A stretch of 64,000 nucleotides of DNA, taken from assembly GCF_006345805.1 (NCBI RefSeq), contig NC_043004.1, positions 66,340,001-66,404,000 on the forward strand, in the 5' to 3' direction. This document shows, piece by piece, positions 36,137 through 49,928 of this stretch (position 1 is the first letter of the stretch; every line of letters starts with the position of its first letter). Below the pieces are notes generated by a model. It had not been told where the DNA came from. It saw nothing but the letters and a program-made list of their open reading frames with translations, and searched no databases. A program made the translations under genes and the position numbers. The stretch comes from Octopus sinensis. Lineage: Eukaryota.

Positions 36137-36435
36137 TTGTTGTTGTTGTTTGTTCCTTCGCGAGCCATGCCTGGCTCATTAGGGCCGGTTTCCCGGTTTC
36201 CTTGGCGTATAGGTTCACCTGGACGGGACGCCGGTCTGTCGCAGGTGCGCTGCAAGATGCAGGAGGAAAGAGTGAGAGAAAGTTGTAGCGAAAGAGTCAG
36301 CAGAAGTTCTTCTGTCGGAGCTGCGTGGAGCTTAGGTGCTTCGCTCATAACCACACACATCGCCCTGTCTGAGATTCGAACCTGCGGTCCCTCGACCACG
36401 ATGCCGCTTCTCTAAACACTAGGCCGTGTACCTCC
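36137..36435 (-). mobile_element. tRNA-derived SINE family D with (CAA)n tail
   Basis: Minus-strand head GGAGGTACACGGCCTAGTG...GGTTCGAATCTCAGAC. The tail is shared with 40500-40790. Confidence 0.8.
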
Positions 36436-37344
36436 GCAATAGATAGACAGATCGATAGAAATATTGAAACAACGTATAGGCAGTCAGTAAGCTTCGAGCA
36501 GGCCCTAGTAGTTATAATAACAACTTTCATGAACAATAATGTTTTATTGACATTGTGGGTTGTAAATTTTGCAGATATTGAAGTTCCATAAGGTGAAGGT
36601 TACGGTTAGCAGCTGCTTTTGGTAAGTATACGAAAACAAAAGTCCGAGATTTGGGAATGGAGAAGATAAAATCCAGGCTACATATGTTTCATAGCAAACA
36701 AAATATCAGAAGTGGTACTTAATCAAACGTGGATGAATCCGCTATCCCGTCGGGCCTAAGATACTTTACTGAAATGAAGTGTACAGCGTCGTCAAGGGAT
36801 CCTATGTTGACACGTAGGACATTTGATTGAAATAAACATACAACTTTACGTATATATAAGGACCGTTAGGTATATGTTCATACACAGCATATATATTTTA
36901 AATGGATCTTGACCGTTCAGGAAAATATATTCATTAAACTTGTTTTGAATGAGATTTTTAAATTACAAGGAATAGTATAATATAGGCTGTGAATGTGTGC
37001 ATGAAGCTTTTTGTATGCGTGTATGCGTATTGTGCGTGAGTTGTTGTTGGTTTCCTTTTGTCTCAGGAGATAATGGAGTTGCACATAAACTAATCCAGTC
37101 TGGTTTTTACATTTCATGTCTTCTCCAATTTTCTGTCCAGTCTTGCGCAGGCCTGGGCTAGATGTAAGAAAATCCTAGGTAGCCCAATCGTCAGGGTGAC
37201 CAACTTTGGGATTTGGATTCAGAGGGAATGATTTCTTTTCTTGACAACTATTTCAATGGGAGATACATATATTTCTACAGGGATGAATACAACATAAAAA
37301 GCGTCCAAAATTATTAATTCCGTTTGTTTCTAGTTTAGCAGAGA

Positions 37345-37705
<361 letters not shown>

Positions 37706-38500
37706 TAATTATTAATGATAGAAGCATTATTAAGATATTATTAGTTAATTAGCGAATTACATGATTAAAAAATGAATATATAAAATTATGTATGTTTCCT
37801 GGACATTTATGCCTTAAAAAAACATATGCCTGGGTGACAAACACATGCTCTTGGTACCTTTCTCTCTTTTTAACACAACTTATTCATAAGAAATACTTTC
37901 TCAAGATGAATTTAGAATTCTTTCAACATGTAAACAGTTATGGCTCCGGGTTCAGTTTCTACACATATGTAGATAAACATACACACATATGTGTTTTTAA
38001 AGTTAAAACAATTTCCCCATATGTACACATTAAGAACAGCGTTCTTCTACCTCTATGCTCCTAAACAATTGAAGCTCTATGGATATATATATATATATAC
38101 ATACATACATTTATACAGACATACGTATTTGTGTGTGTCTGTGTGTGTACTAATGTTCCATAAATTTCTTCCAGCCTGTTTATATTTGCTATCTACAGAC
38201 AAAATGTCTTGTTTCGTATGAAATTTAATTAAGAATTTTAATTAATATATCCCAAGTTGTATCACGCAGAAATCTAAGTAGAATGATATAGTTATTCTAC
38301 TTCAAATAATGTTAGTTGACCCTCCTAGGGAAACACGTGTATATATGGGACCATACGTATCTGTATCTGTCTTCTTGTCTGTCGTCTTTTGTCTGTCAGT
38401 CTGTCTCTCTCTCACCTCTCTCTCGCTATGTATGTATCTATCTATTTGACTCTCCATGTATATATGTATGTATCTAAGTATGTATGTATGTATGTATATA

Positions 38501-38828
38501 TAAATAAATGGAGTTTAACGCAGGTGTAATTCAAATACTTTTACTTCTGACATATTTATAAGGATTTATTTAATATACATATAGTCATATACTCCTCATT
38601 TATTTAACTTTTCTTTAATTTATCCCTGCTCTTTCTATAGGCTACCTCTGACGTAATATCATACAACCTTTTTTTCATACAATGTTAATAGCGTTCAGTT
38701 AATCACGATACATATCCATCATTTTCTGTTAAAATTGACGAGTTTCGTTTCTTTACAGTGATATCTTCAAAATATGTGTCGGAAGTAAAAGTATTTGAAT
38801 TACACCTGCGTTAAACTCCATTTATTTA
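38501..38828. mobile_element. MITE-like element with about 55-bp inverted termini
   Basis: TAAATAAATGGAGTTTAACGCAGGTGTAATTCAAATACTTTTACTTC (38501) is the reverse complement of the segment ending at 38828, with an AT-rich spacer of about 215 bp. Superfamily not determined. Confidence 0.75.
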
Positions 38829-38991
38829 TTTATATATAATACAAAAAATTTCACGTAAACCCGAAGTTTCTACGTTTAAAAACAAGTAGTTGCAACCTCT
38901 TTACTTGTGTGATTTATGGCTACGCTGGTAACTATTTATCTATTTTTTCCGTGATAATTATTAACAAGTTAAAAATACACACATCTATTTA

Positions 38992-39087
38992 CGTGTGTAT
39001 GTATATATGTATGTACGTATGTATGTATGTATGTATCTACCTATATATATATCTATCTATCTGTATGTATGTATGCATGTATGTATC

Positions 39088-39119
<32 letters not shown>

Positions 39120-39290
39120 TGTATGTATGTATGTATGTATGTATGTATGTATGTATGTATGTATGTATGTATCAATCTATCTATTTGCCTCTCTGTCTAT
39201 CTGCCTATCTGTCTATTTATCTATCTATAAATTTATTTATCTATTTATCTATCTATCAATTTATTTATCTAGCACTCGATCGATCTATCT
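38992..39290. repeat. (ATGT)n/(ATCT)n microsatellite
   Basis: Directly visible. Confidence 0.95.
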
Positions 39291-40499
39291 CTCTTTGAAT
39301 TCATGCAATAACTGATTCACTGTGTACGTATATACATTCTATACTTGAATATACGCATACCAGTAGTTATTTACGGATACATATATTTGTCCATAAGTGC
39401 TCACGCACACACAAACATACATACTTATACATATATTTATGTATATTACTCTGTGTGTATGAATATATGTTTGTGTGTATGTGTATTTTTGCGTGTCTGT
39501 ATATATGTGTATATGTATCTCCTGCTAAGTGTAGAATGTTTCTTCCAGATTTCACGCACCGCATAACCTGTGCCAAATGAATACATTGTCTTAATCAAGT
39601 TAACTTATGATAGAGATAAATTTAAAATGATCCTTCAGGTATGTCATAAAAATAACAGATATTAACTTAATTTCAACATCTTCGCTCATATTATTTCATA
39701 CCAAAACAATTTAACTGGAGCCTAATGAAATAGGATTGCGAATAATAGTTATGAATATCTCAAAACATTTCCTAACTCATCCACAATTTTAACAAAATTG
39801 AACTTTCTTATTAAGTATTATTTCACCTAAATATACTTCACAAATATTGGTCTTGATACTGAAAATTGTTATGAAAATTGACAGATATATTCCATCTAGT
39901 TGAAATATGCCTCTCTGCCAATACTGATTTAACCTACTGGCCTAGCATTATGGGAAATCAATTCTTCAATTTACTCATGCATTCTCCATCTAAAAATCTA
40001 TAACTGTTTCATTAACACCATCTAATTTCACACTTTCAAAATCCATGAAAGTATAATTTGATTCACAATCACAGAAATGAAGATGAAGTCGCTGAAGAAC
40101 AGAAATTGGAAAACGAAAGTAGGATGATGAAATACGCAGAAGGATGAAAACAGTTGTGACGAAAGCAATGCGGGTTATGATCTTGTCAACAATAATGCTG
40201 ATGATTATTCGGTTCTTGATTTCCCTCGCATTATAGGGTCGAAGATCAAGATATGCCAGTATATAATAAACATATAGAAGGTAAGGAATCGACGGGTGTA
40301 AAATTCATAGCAAATGTTTCAGTGGATAGTTATTTTATAAAATATAAAATATGTTTTATATGTTTCGATAAAACATTATTCAATGGTCAAATTCTTGTGA
40401 TTTTAGGATGTTATATGATAGATATTTAACAGCTACGGGAAGCGAGTCGAGCCACGGCATACAAGTGTTCTAATTATTAGGTACATAATGATAATTTTG

Positions 40500-40790
40500 T
40501 GGAGGCACATGGTCTAGTGGTTAGAGCAGTGGACTTGCAGTCGAGGGATCGTGGGTTTGAATCTCAGACCGGGCGATGTATGTTTATAAGCGAAACGCTA
40601 AGCTCCAAGCTGCTCCAGCAGGAGATGATGGTGAACCTCTGCTGACTCTTCGCCACAACATTCTCTCACTCTTTCATCTGGTGGCGGACCGGCTTACCGT
40701 TCAGGTGGATGAATTTATACGCCAATAAAACCGGAAAACCGGCCCTAATGAACCAGACATGGCTCAAGAAGGAACAAACACCAACAACAT
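40500..40790 (+). mobile_element. SINE family D
   Basis: GGAGGCACATGGTCTAGTGGTTAGAGCAG head, GGTTTGAATCTCAGACC B-box-like motif and tail ending GAAGGAACAAACACCAACAAC. Confidence 0.8.
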
Positions 40791-42254
40791 AATATTTTAA
40801 ATCAATTTAAGGACAGACATTGAACTACGGAACTATGAACGACTACTTTCCTTCTCTAACAATACCATTTTATTTGTTTAAGAAAGAAGTTGGTGGCGAT
40901 ATTTAACAAAACTAAAGCTCCCGTGGATTAATTTTATCGTTATTGGTGAGTGCAAACAGCTCAGATCTATTTCATAAAACATTCCTATTGTCGACGTTAT
41001 TCTCACTGTAACCGGATTGTCTAATGTGATCTTCATATTTGAATATAGTGGAATGTTCGTGTACAAATATTTGACTGTCATTTTTATCAATATGTAACAG
41101 CATGTAGAGACTGTCTCGTTTCCTCGTTCTAAAAATTGATTGCTGATCGAAGAGGTACTGATATAAAAGATGAATTTAAAGGATGAAAGAGTGTGGTTAA
41201 TTAATTTGATGGATAAAACACATAGACTAGTAAATATTGACTGGGTTAGGCTACAGTTTTAATTAATATTTCGATCACATTTGTAACTGATTAGAATGTT
41301 TAAAAAAATTAATGAAAGATTACATTCTAGTAACTAAATTTAAGTAAACTGTTCCCTTAGATTCTAATTTGTATCCACCTTAGAAAAGATGAGATAACAC
41401 ATACGTTGGCTTTCATCAATGTATCCATTTTTTCTCATCTTAATAAGAGCGTAATTCGAAAGTTAATATCGATGTTCCATAATAAACATTTTCCAAGGTG
41501 TAAATTAAAATGTCTCACTAATTAAGCCAGTGTTTCACTAAATTAAAAGATGTGGATATAACGCAATGCAAGCATAAGCTGTTTCTTCTTATGGTTCACG
41601 TAAATATATGTTAGCGTACAAACACATATATTTATACGCACGCAAAATTGAATTTTCGCCGGTTTCCACGATGAGTATTCTGGCTGTTCGCCTATTATAA
41701 CTACCCCAGTACTGTATTATCTGGTCGGAAGAAGAAATATTTATAATTTAATACAATGTTTAGGTGTATCTACCTAATAACACTGACGTTGTGCCTGAAA
41801 AAACTAAATATTATGATTGTAGCACCGTGCCTCCACAAACTGTGTGTTAATTCAATTTCAACCGATAGACCATGCTACTAAACCAGTTGAAAAGGGAAGA
41901 TAATATTCACTCTCAAGTTAAGACATGTCATCGTGGAAAATGCAGTTCGACTGTCTTGTGTGCAAAGACGTAATTCTATCTCAACTGAAGTCAAAAGCAC
42001 AGTTAATTTGAGAGAGGTCCTACCCATTAAAAAAATCATCCCGCTTCACAAAGCATTTTCTCTTTTCTATTACGGAAGTTAATTCTGATGAATTAATAGT
42101 TTCTCTTGTATTTTTCAGGTATATTTACTTGTTGTTATTGCTCGTATTCATGTCACGGAAGTTGTTTAGTTATTTTATTTAGCTACTTTAATTTCAGAAG
42201 ATTTAAAAGACGAAAAAAAAATTCATAAATGATGTCTCTCCTCTTTATATAAAG

Positions 42255-42605
42255 CGCAGACGTTACTGTGTGGTAAGTAGTCTGCATCCCAACCATATGG
42301 ATCCGGGTTCAGCCCCACTGCATGGCATCCTCGTCCAATATTTTCTACTTACCACCCAAAGATTTGTGAGTGGATTTGGCAGACGGAAACTGAAAGAAAC
42401 CCGTCATATATATGTATATATATATATATCTGAGTGTGAGTGAGTCTTTGCTTTTATGTTTGTCCACCACCGCTTGATAACCGGTACTGGTGTGTTAACG
42501 TCGTCGTAAGTTAACGTTCCGTCTAAAGCCACCGATTGAAAACGTACCAGAGGCGGTGCACCAGTATAGTCACAGTCTAATGAGTGAAACAAGTAAAAGG
42601 TAAAA
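42255..42605 (+). mobile_element. SINE family A, degenerate
   Basis: CTGTGTGGTAAGTAG...GGTTCAGCCCCACT...GACGGAAACTGAAAGAAACCC...TGAAACAAGTAAAAG. Confidence 0.8.
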
Positions 42606-43035
42606 GATTATAATTAAGCATCTTATCTGCTGTTGGGATCAAGGTAGAATAGTAAATTAATTTGATATCTCATACTTAGGTAGTGTGTCCTCAGCTTCTC
42701 GTCTCTAGAAATAGAAACTACTTCTATTCTGATGTCCTACATATATTGAATATTTATTGATTCCTGAGATTATCAAACTCTGTCAACCAGTCTTGATCAC
42801 AATACCAGATAACTTTAAAATTTTAACTTTTGATTATATATAGTATTGGATAGGTTGTTTGTACCTAATTTTTCATATTCATGGCAGAAGCACTCTTAGT
42901 GGTTTTCCTTAGTTAATATGGTTTTCCAAAAGCATATTTTCTTTTTTTTAACATTGTTAGAAAGTCATCTGTTATGAATAAAAAAGAAACTAAACAACAG
43001 TAAAATTACTCAATGATAAGACATGATAATGTTAT

Positions 43036-43073
<38 letters not shown>

Positions 43074-43096
43074 CTCCCTCCATATATACACTCCCT

Positions 43097-43143
<47 letters not shown>

Positions 43144-43228
43144 AACTCAAATAAAGGAATAAAAAATTGATAAAATAATTGATAAAATATGAGCATGAAG
43201 TAGCTTGATGGTCGGTGAAAAGAGAGAG

Positions 43229-43261
43229 CTTGACGTTTGGAGCATAACTCTTTGTCGGAAA
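43229..43261 (-). ncRNA. Decayed minimal hammerhead motif
   Basis: Minus strand: TT-CCGACAA-AGAG-TTATG-CTC-CAAA-CG-TC-AA. Register and the GAG/CTC stem are kept, but there are three core substitutions. Confidence 0.35.
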
Positions 43262-45599
43262 TTTAGATACGTGACTTTAAAATGAAGTATCCGGACTTTG
43301 TTTTGTGTATGTCGCTTGCAGTGTGGGGCACGACATAATTGAATCGAACGTAACCCACTGCGCAGAAGAAACCCCATCAGGTTATGTTGCAGTGAAAATT
43401 GTACACTCCATTCCACAGGACAAAACGTCCATTGGAGTCAGCTGGAGTCAGTGTCAGTTACGTGATATATACGAGTTCGAATTACTGTGAAGATAGACGT
43501 TACAAAATCATTGTCTTACGGAGCTATCAGCGATAGCACGGTAGTCGAGTCAAAGATAAGACGCAGAATACCGCCACGACATAATTGTGGCGACAAAAAT
43601 ATTCCAGAGTTAACAACAACAGAGAATTGCACGCGGATCCACATTACAACAGGTTACATTATGCGTTACAATGTTATATGTACATGTCACTACTGTGTTA
43701 TAATACGTACATTTCACCTCACACAGTAGCAAAATGTACCTATTATAACATTGTAACTTATTATGTGACCTTGTGATGTGTCTTCTGCACTGTGGGGTGC
43801 CTTACATTCCATTGCGGTGTACCCCGCCACCTCAGGGGCAGTGGAGTTAGAAGCTAAAACGATCGCTGGGCTAAGTAAATCTTACGGTACACTCTGTCTT
43901 CCCTATCAATTATTTAAATTATTTGCATTTGCTCGAAGAGAAAATAGATATCCCTGAAAACTTTTGTAATGCCATTTCACGATTAACTGAAATTTGTAGA
44001 CATCAAATGAAAACATCCTGCTTAATTTTTTTCTTTAACATTTGACTATTATTAGGACAAATGCTGATTCAACAGCTGCATACTAGGAATATTATCAATG
44101 ATCGTAAAGCGATGTGCTTGCAGGATCATTAGCATAGCGAGCTAGACGCATTTCGTCCGTTCTTAAGCTTTCCTTTAGTTCGGAGTCGACAAAGTAAGTA
44201 TCGGTTGAGGATTGGGGTCGATGTAATTGACAAAGCCCCACCATCGAAATTGCTGGCCGTTTGTCAAACTTTGTTACCAATATAATCAATGATTATAATA
44301 TTTATATCTTGGTACTTTTAAGTAATCTCTGTATAGTAAGCAACTACAATGTAGAGCTATAATAGATCAAGGATAAACTGCATATTGAAGTCCTTCTTCA
44401 CAGCATTATCGTATCGTAAATTTGAAAGGAAAGTTCGCGTTTCGCAACCCTGTTCCACTTAGTCTGTTGTCCTTTTTATAGCGAGACATTACTGATAGAA
44501 AGAGAAAAGGAAACAGCTGAGGTATATCTCCAGTACGTATTTCCGATTCCAGTCAAGGAATCATCCACATACCACTATAGTCTTCTTTCTCCCGATGTTC
44601 GCCTAAACTGAAAACACATTTTCGGGTTTGTTAAATAACCAAATTAGAGTCAATATATATACACACGTCTATTCTTCATGTCTAGTAATACTGCGAAAGT
44701 ACAACATTATTGTTTCAACGTCATCAACGGTTATTGTCTTATAATCTAGCTACTTCGAGTGTGAGTATTTTACACGTTTACGCTGCCACAAGATACTTCC
44801 TGATAATTGTCACCGTTCTTGCTATTATCACAGTTCTGATGCATTACAGCAACAATGAACCAAAATTTATCGATGTGGACATGTTAAATTACGCTCTAGG
44901 TTAATAAATGTCATTTTCTCGCTATCAGAATCTCCAAAAATAAAGCCGACGTAGTTAAGTTGGTAAGACGTTTACATTTGTTATCAGATAAAGGAGAAAA
45001 ATTTGTTGTCTCTCATCGTCTGATCTTCTCCGTGATTATATTGACTATAGCAATAACCGTTTCTGTTACATTGTTAAATCTCTTACACACGTTCCAATAG
45101 CTATTCAATATATTCTATAACATTGAATATCTACAGACATTAACATAAGTGAACCTTTACTGGCAAAGCCTATTTCGCGTACATGGATGCATTTTTCAAT
45201 CAAGAATCTAGTTTTCTCTTTATACGACTAAATTAAATAAGCTATCCAACGATAAAATATAATTAAATAATAAAGATAACTTAAATTGGAAAAACGGCAC
45301 AAATTTGTGGGGAACGAGTAAAGTTGATTAAATTACTGGAACTTTACGGTCTATATATATTGTTTTCTCTCTACCCGAGTTTCAATACAAGCTGTAAATG
45401 GAGGTTACTAAATACTCCAAAATCCATTTAATCTTGCACGCTAATACGTCCGCCATTCATTATCCGAAATATTCCATACATAAATTCTGCTAAAAAGACA
45501 TTTGTGTTTACATCTTTTCTGTATGCCATTAACATAAAGTTCCTCTACAATTGAATAGTTAGCATGTCCGCAATTACATTATTCGGTGTTAGATTCCAG

Positions 45600-46090
45600 T
45601 ACGCAGCACAGCCTGTGAAAAAGTGCGTTTGTGTATATCTGAGTAAGCTGGTATCTGTTCGGAAGACCATGGATTGGGGTTATACTAGTTTTTCATTGTC
45701 AATTGTCAAACAAGGTGGACAGAAAAAGCGCTTTAAGGACTCACTCAAGGCCTCACTGTAGAGAATTGAGATGAACCCCGGCATCTGGGAGATGCAAGCA
45801 AAACAACCCCTTCCAGCCGACAGTGGTACCACCTTTTGCAAAGAGTACAGGATTGCAGGGCCACAAAAGAAAACGAGAACTAAGCAAGTGCAAATTCTTG
45901 ATTTCAGTAGGCCACCTGCGACTCAGACTTCCGAGCAAGCATCGGAATGATTGCCTATAACCGGACACAAGATGCCCCACCTTCTTCTCATATGTGATTT
46001 GCTTGGTCATCACCAACAACGACGAGTGTGTGTGCGAGCGCTGCATGGATTCATGTCTGCGTATATATGAGCATCGTATGGTTCGACAGA
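45600..46090 (+). mobile_element. RTE (BovB-like) LINE 3' end
   Basis: The QGGQKKRFKDSLKASL motif, typical of the RTE ORF C-terminus, is followed by a decayed Cys/His-rich segment (CVCERCMDSCLRIYEH). Confidence 0.75.
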
Positions 46091-46161
46091 GATATTTATC
46101 ATTCAGCAGTTGTATCTTCACCGTTCCAGCATTCAGAAGAGCTCTCAGAATTAAGTATATC

Positions 46162-46367
46162 CATTTCTACTCTAGGTACAAGGTCGAAAATTTTGGGGGA
46201 AGAGGCCAGTCGATTAGATCGACCCCAATACGCAACTGGTACTTAATTTATCGACCCCGAAAAGATGAAAGCAAAGTCGACCAAGGCGGAATTTAAAGTC
46301 AGAACGTAGACAGACGCAAATCATTGTGCCCGGAATGCTGACGTTTCTGCCAGCTCGCCACCTTCAA
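46162..46367 (-). mobile_element. SINE family B with 13-bp target-site duplication
   Basis: AATTAAGTATATC occurs at 46149-46161 and 46368-46380, flanking a family B copy. Confidence 0.9.
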
Positions 46368-46497
46368 AATTAAGTATATCAATGCACTCACAAGTAAGGG
46401 ATGACTTTAAAAAGGTATGCTATCCTCCCTTCTCCGAATAAGCCATGAGAATGCGAGGTCTAGAACCACTATTTACATCTAATATTAGAGTAAATAT

Positions 46498-46935
46498 AAG
46501 GCGGTGAGCTGGCAGAAACATTAGCACGCCGGACGAAATTCTCAGTGGCATTTCGTCTGACTTTACGTTATGAGTTCAAATTCTGCCAAGGTCGACTTTG
46601 ACTTTCATCCTTTCGGGGTCGATAAATTAAGTACCATTTGCATACTGGGGTCCATCTACGCGACCGGACCCTCCCCCACAATTTCGGGCCTTCTGCCTAG
46701 AGTAGAGAAGAATATTATAATAAATATGACGGCGAGCTGGCAGGAGCATTAGCACGCCAGGCGAAATACTTAGCAGTATTTCGTCTGTCTTTACGTACTG
46801 AGTTCAGATTTCGCCGGCGTCGGCTTTGGTGGTCGATAAATTAAGTACCAGTTGCATACTGGAGTCGATCTAATCGACTGGACACCCTCCCCTAAAATTT
46901 CGTGCCTTGTGCTACTTAGAGTAGAAAAAAATCCT
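46498..46935 (+). mobile_element. Two tandem SINE family B copies
   Basis: Heads GGCGGTGAGCTGGCAG (about 46499) and GACGGCGAGCTGGCAG (about 46728), both ending AGAGTAGA.AA. Confidence 0.85.
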
Positions 46936-48312
46936 ATAGTAAATATATGTGTACGTTGCTGTGAAGCAACCGCTTTGATTAGGTGGTTTTGTCCGATTAC
47001 CATCAGCGACAAAATTGCCTGGAACGTATCACTATCGCAGTCTCTCAATATCATCACAGCAACAGTTGTTCTGTTTAACATTTGTGCTGCTGTCGATACT
47101 AGAGTTTAAGATAATGGGAATCATAAATAGCATTTTACACGGCATATTATTACCCAATACATTTGTGCAGTAAACAAATGAAACAATCAGATTTTCTTAT
47201 ATTCACTACTACTTAATATTCTCAGTGGATTTGTATCTAATAGTTTCACGTGTTGTTTTTAAGTATTTGTCTCAAAAATGTTATTTGAATGTACTTTCTA
47301 TAAATTGTTCAAATAAGTAACTTACATCAAAATCATTCCATTACATGCACTCTCTTAATTTTCCTATAATTTCCTATATTCTCTTTAATCGATTCTGTTA
47401 AATGCCTTTCTGGTTTTGGCAATGACGAATGAGCTTATAATTTGCTATCATTTCTTGAAATATTTGAGATATTATGTTTCTACCTTAAGCATAATATATT
47501 ATGTGAACTAAAGTATGGTAAAAGGAAATTACGGATGTGTAGCACATGGTGTGATATCCTCAAAACTACAAGCTGTCCATTAAATCATTAGAATTATAAT
47601 TCTTAATATATGAAAATATTTTCCTTAAACATATAGTTATAAACCATGCAAAACAATAATCCCTCAGGTAATTAGAAACCCATATGTAGTTCACAAAATA
47701 TAATTTATTAACCATTTCATAATAATATTAAAATTTTATATATATTTATTAGAAGAAATATGCATCGTAATAAATATATTTCTAGTCTTAATGTTCTTTT
47801 CTACATAATTTTTTCCATTAATTTTCTTTTACAGAACTCAGTAAAAGTTTCAAAGCTATATGTAATCGGTAATTAGCGGAGTTCATTAATTTTAGATAAG
47901 TTCTTAAATTTTCGATAATTTAGATAAGTTTATAATGGTTGGCAACATAGAACACAACTACTTTGCATCGACTTTATAATTATATTTTACTTGAAATATA
48001 ATTATATCTCTCATCAACATAATAACCAATACATCAAAGAAAATCTCTTCTAGTATGCTTAATGTAGTCATTCGCTGTATATTAAATAGAATTTAACGTC
48101 TATGCATATTTTATTTATTTTTATCTATAAGTTTCAGAATTGACAGCAGTGAGAGATATGTCTTTTAACAGTGGATAATTTTATCATTTCTAAACAGGTA
48201 GAATAACATATGAAGTATACACCAACTTACGAAATAAAAACTTGTTTCTGCTGCAAAATATGTGAGGAGAAGATATAAGTACACATTGAAAATATCATAG
48301 GAGGAACTTTCC

Positions 48313-48378
48313 TTACCTTGGAGCAGGTTGCAAGAGCTGCGACTCTATTCCCTGGATCGAAGGTGGGAGAGGTATGCA

Positions 48379-48419
<41 letters not shown>

Positions 48420-48730
48420 AAGATACTGGAAGGACTGGTACCAAACTTTGGAATAAAGAGCTATACCAGACCACGAACAGGACGTCACTTTGCTGTCCCC
48501 ATTGTGCCGACTGCTTCATGTCGGGCAAGGAGGATGTACTGCAAAAGCTTGGGTTTCAAGGGCCCACAGATCTTTAACTGTCTGCCGAAGAATCTGAGGA
48601 GCCTCCATGTAGTGAATGTAGACGTTTTCAAATGTGAACTTGACCTCTGGCTCTCCGAGATCCCGGCTGAGCCAATATCTAAGCAAGAAACTCAAAAGAG
48701 GGCAGTAGCATCGAACTCTATCCTTCACTA
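48313..48730 (+). mobile_element. CR1/L2-group LINE ORF2 3' end with an internal (TA)n expansion
   Basis: LRLYSLDRRWERYAVIY / IWKILEGLVPNFG...GPQIFNCLPKNLR...FKCELDLWLSEIP. The clade is assigned by motif resemblance only. Confidence 0.8.
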
Positions 48731-48734
48731 GAAG

Positions 48735-48835
48735 CCGCTCCGACAAAGGTGGAAACTGGAAAGATGATTACAATGGCAGTGCTCCAGCATGGCCACAGTC
48801 ATTGGACTGAAACATATAAGAGAATAAGAGAATAT
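48735..48835 (+). mobile_element. SINE family A tail fragment
   Basis: GCTCCAGCATGGCCACAGTCATTGGACTGAAAC. Confidence 0.65.
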
Positions 48836-49259
48836 AATGTACTCAACTATCATGAACAACCTGAGATTGAAATTTAGTCAATTGCTAACAATGTTGTTAC
48901 AGGTTACCAGGGAAAACTTCACACTGCTATCTCATGCGCTTAAAAGTATCAGCTCGTTCTCCTCTAAATGACCAGATACCTCACTCAGTTTGCAGAACAT
49001 GGTGTTCAATACATATATCTTAAAGAGATTTGTTGTATAAGTAAAAAGGGAGAGAAAGCGAAACAAAGCGAAGTTGCAGTTTCATTTTGTATTTCTATAT
49101 TTTGGGGTTATAACCACTTCTTCAGGACATATAGAAAAAACGAGAGATGGACAATTCGTTGCTCATATAGTGTATAGCTGCAGTTGTCATGTCGAAGAAG
49201 TAGGGCAGTTAAAAGAGCACATTTGAAATTGGGGATTATGAGCCTTCTCACGTGGATTA

Positions 49260-49445
49260 TCCAATTAGGTGTTTTCTAGAAGCAGTCGTTTCCCTAACCT
49301 TGTGTAGTACGTTCTTGGGGAACTGCTCCATGTGAGTAGGATTGTCAGTTGGGTGCAGCGTCTGTCACTCATGCGTGTGATTTCCTTTCCTTTTGCACAT
49401 ATGTAGCTTTGACAGTGGTAGGCAAGGCTGACACGTAGCGTTCTG
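49260..49445 (-). pseudogene. Possible RTE LINE C-terminal remnant
   Basis: The tracked ORF contains RMSDRRCTQLTILLTW, resembling the RTE RMxDxRWTKxxxEW segment. Confidence 0.35.
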
Positions 49446-49518
49446 GCATTGCACAAGAAATCCAGTAAAAGAAATCCTACACATGATTTAGCAAAAACTA
49501 CTCCATTATATATCTATA

Positions 49519-49827
49519 TGATTACCACCGTGATCACCGTGACAGACCAGGCTATCAGATGTTGCTATACAACGCTGCTCACAATGCGCTTCGCATTGTT
49601 TTAGCCTTGAAATGTTGCCACCCCGCTGGCTAATCGAGCAAGCCAACAGAAAAACGAGTAAGAGAAAGTTGTGGTGAAAGAGTATAGCTGGGATCGCCAC
49701 CACCCTCTGCCGGTGATTCGTGGCGCTTTTACGTGTTTTCGCTCAATAAACACTCACAACGACCGATCTGGGAATCGAAACCGCGATCCTACGACCGCGA
49801 GTCCGCTACCCTAATCACTGGGCCATT

Positions 49828-49828
<1 letters not shown>
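49519..49828 (-). mobile_element. SINE family D
   Basis: Minus-strand head AATGGCCCAGTGATTAGGGTAGCGGACTCGCGGTCGTAGGATCGCGGTTTCGATTCCCAGA. Confidence 0.85.
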
Positions 49829-49891
<63 letters not shown>

Positions 49892-49928
49892 AAAAAGGAG
49901 ATGTGGAACACGAGTTGTGATATATAAA

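Noticed and set aside
36575-36621. 47-nt AG...GTAAGT micro-exon candidate
   Set aside because: Splice-like words alone are common, and there is no partner exon or protein similarity.
44432-44470. Minus-strand GGAAC-AGG-GTTGC-GAAACGCGA motif
   Set aside because: There is no recognisable CUGANGA in register and no NUH triplet.
44710-45110. Two short hydrophobic, transmembrane-like frames
   Set aside because: T-rich DNA readily gives hydrophobic peptides. Stops separate the frames and there is no family motif.
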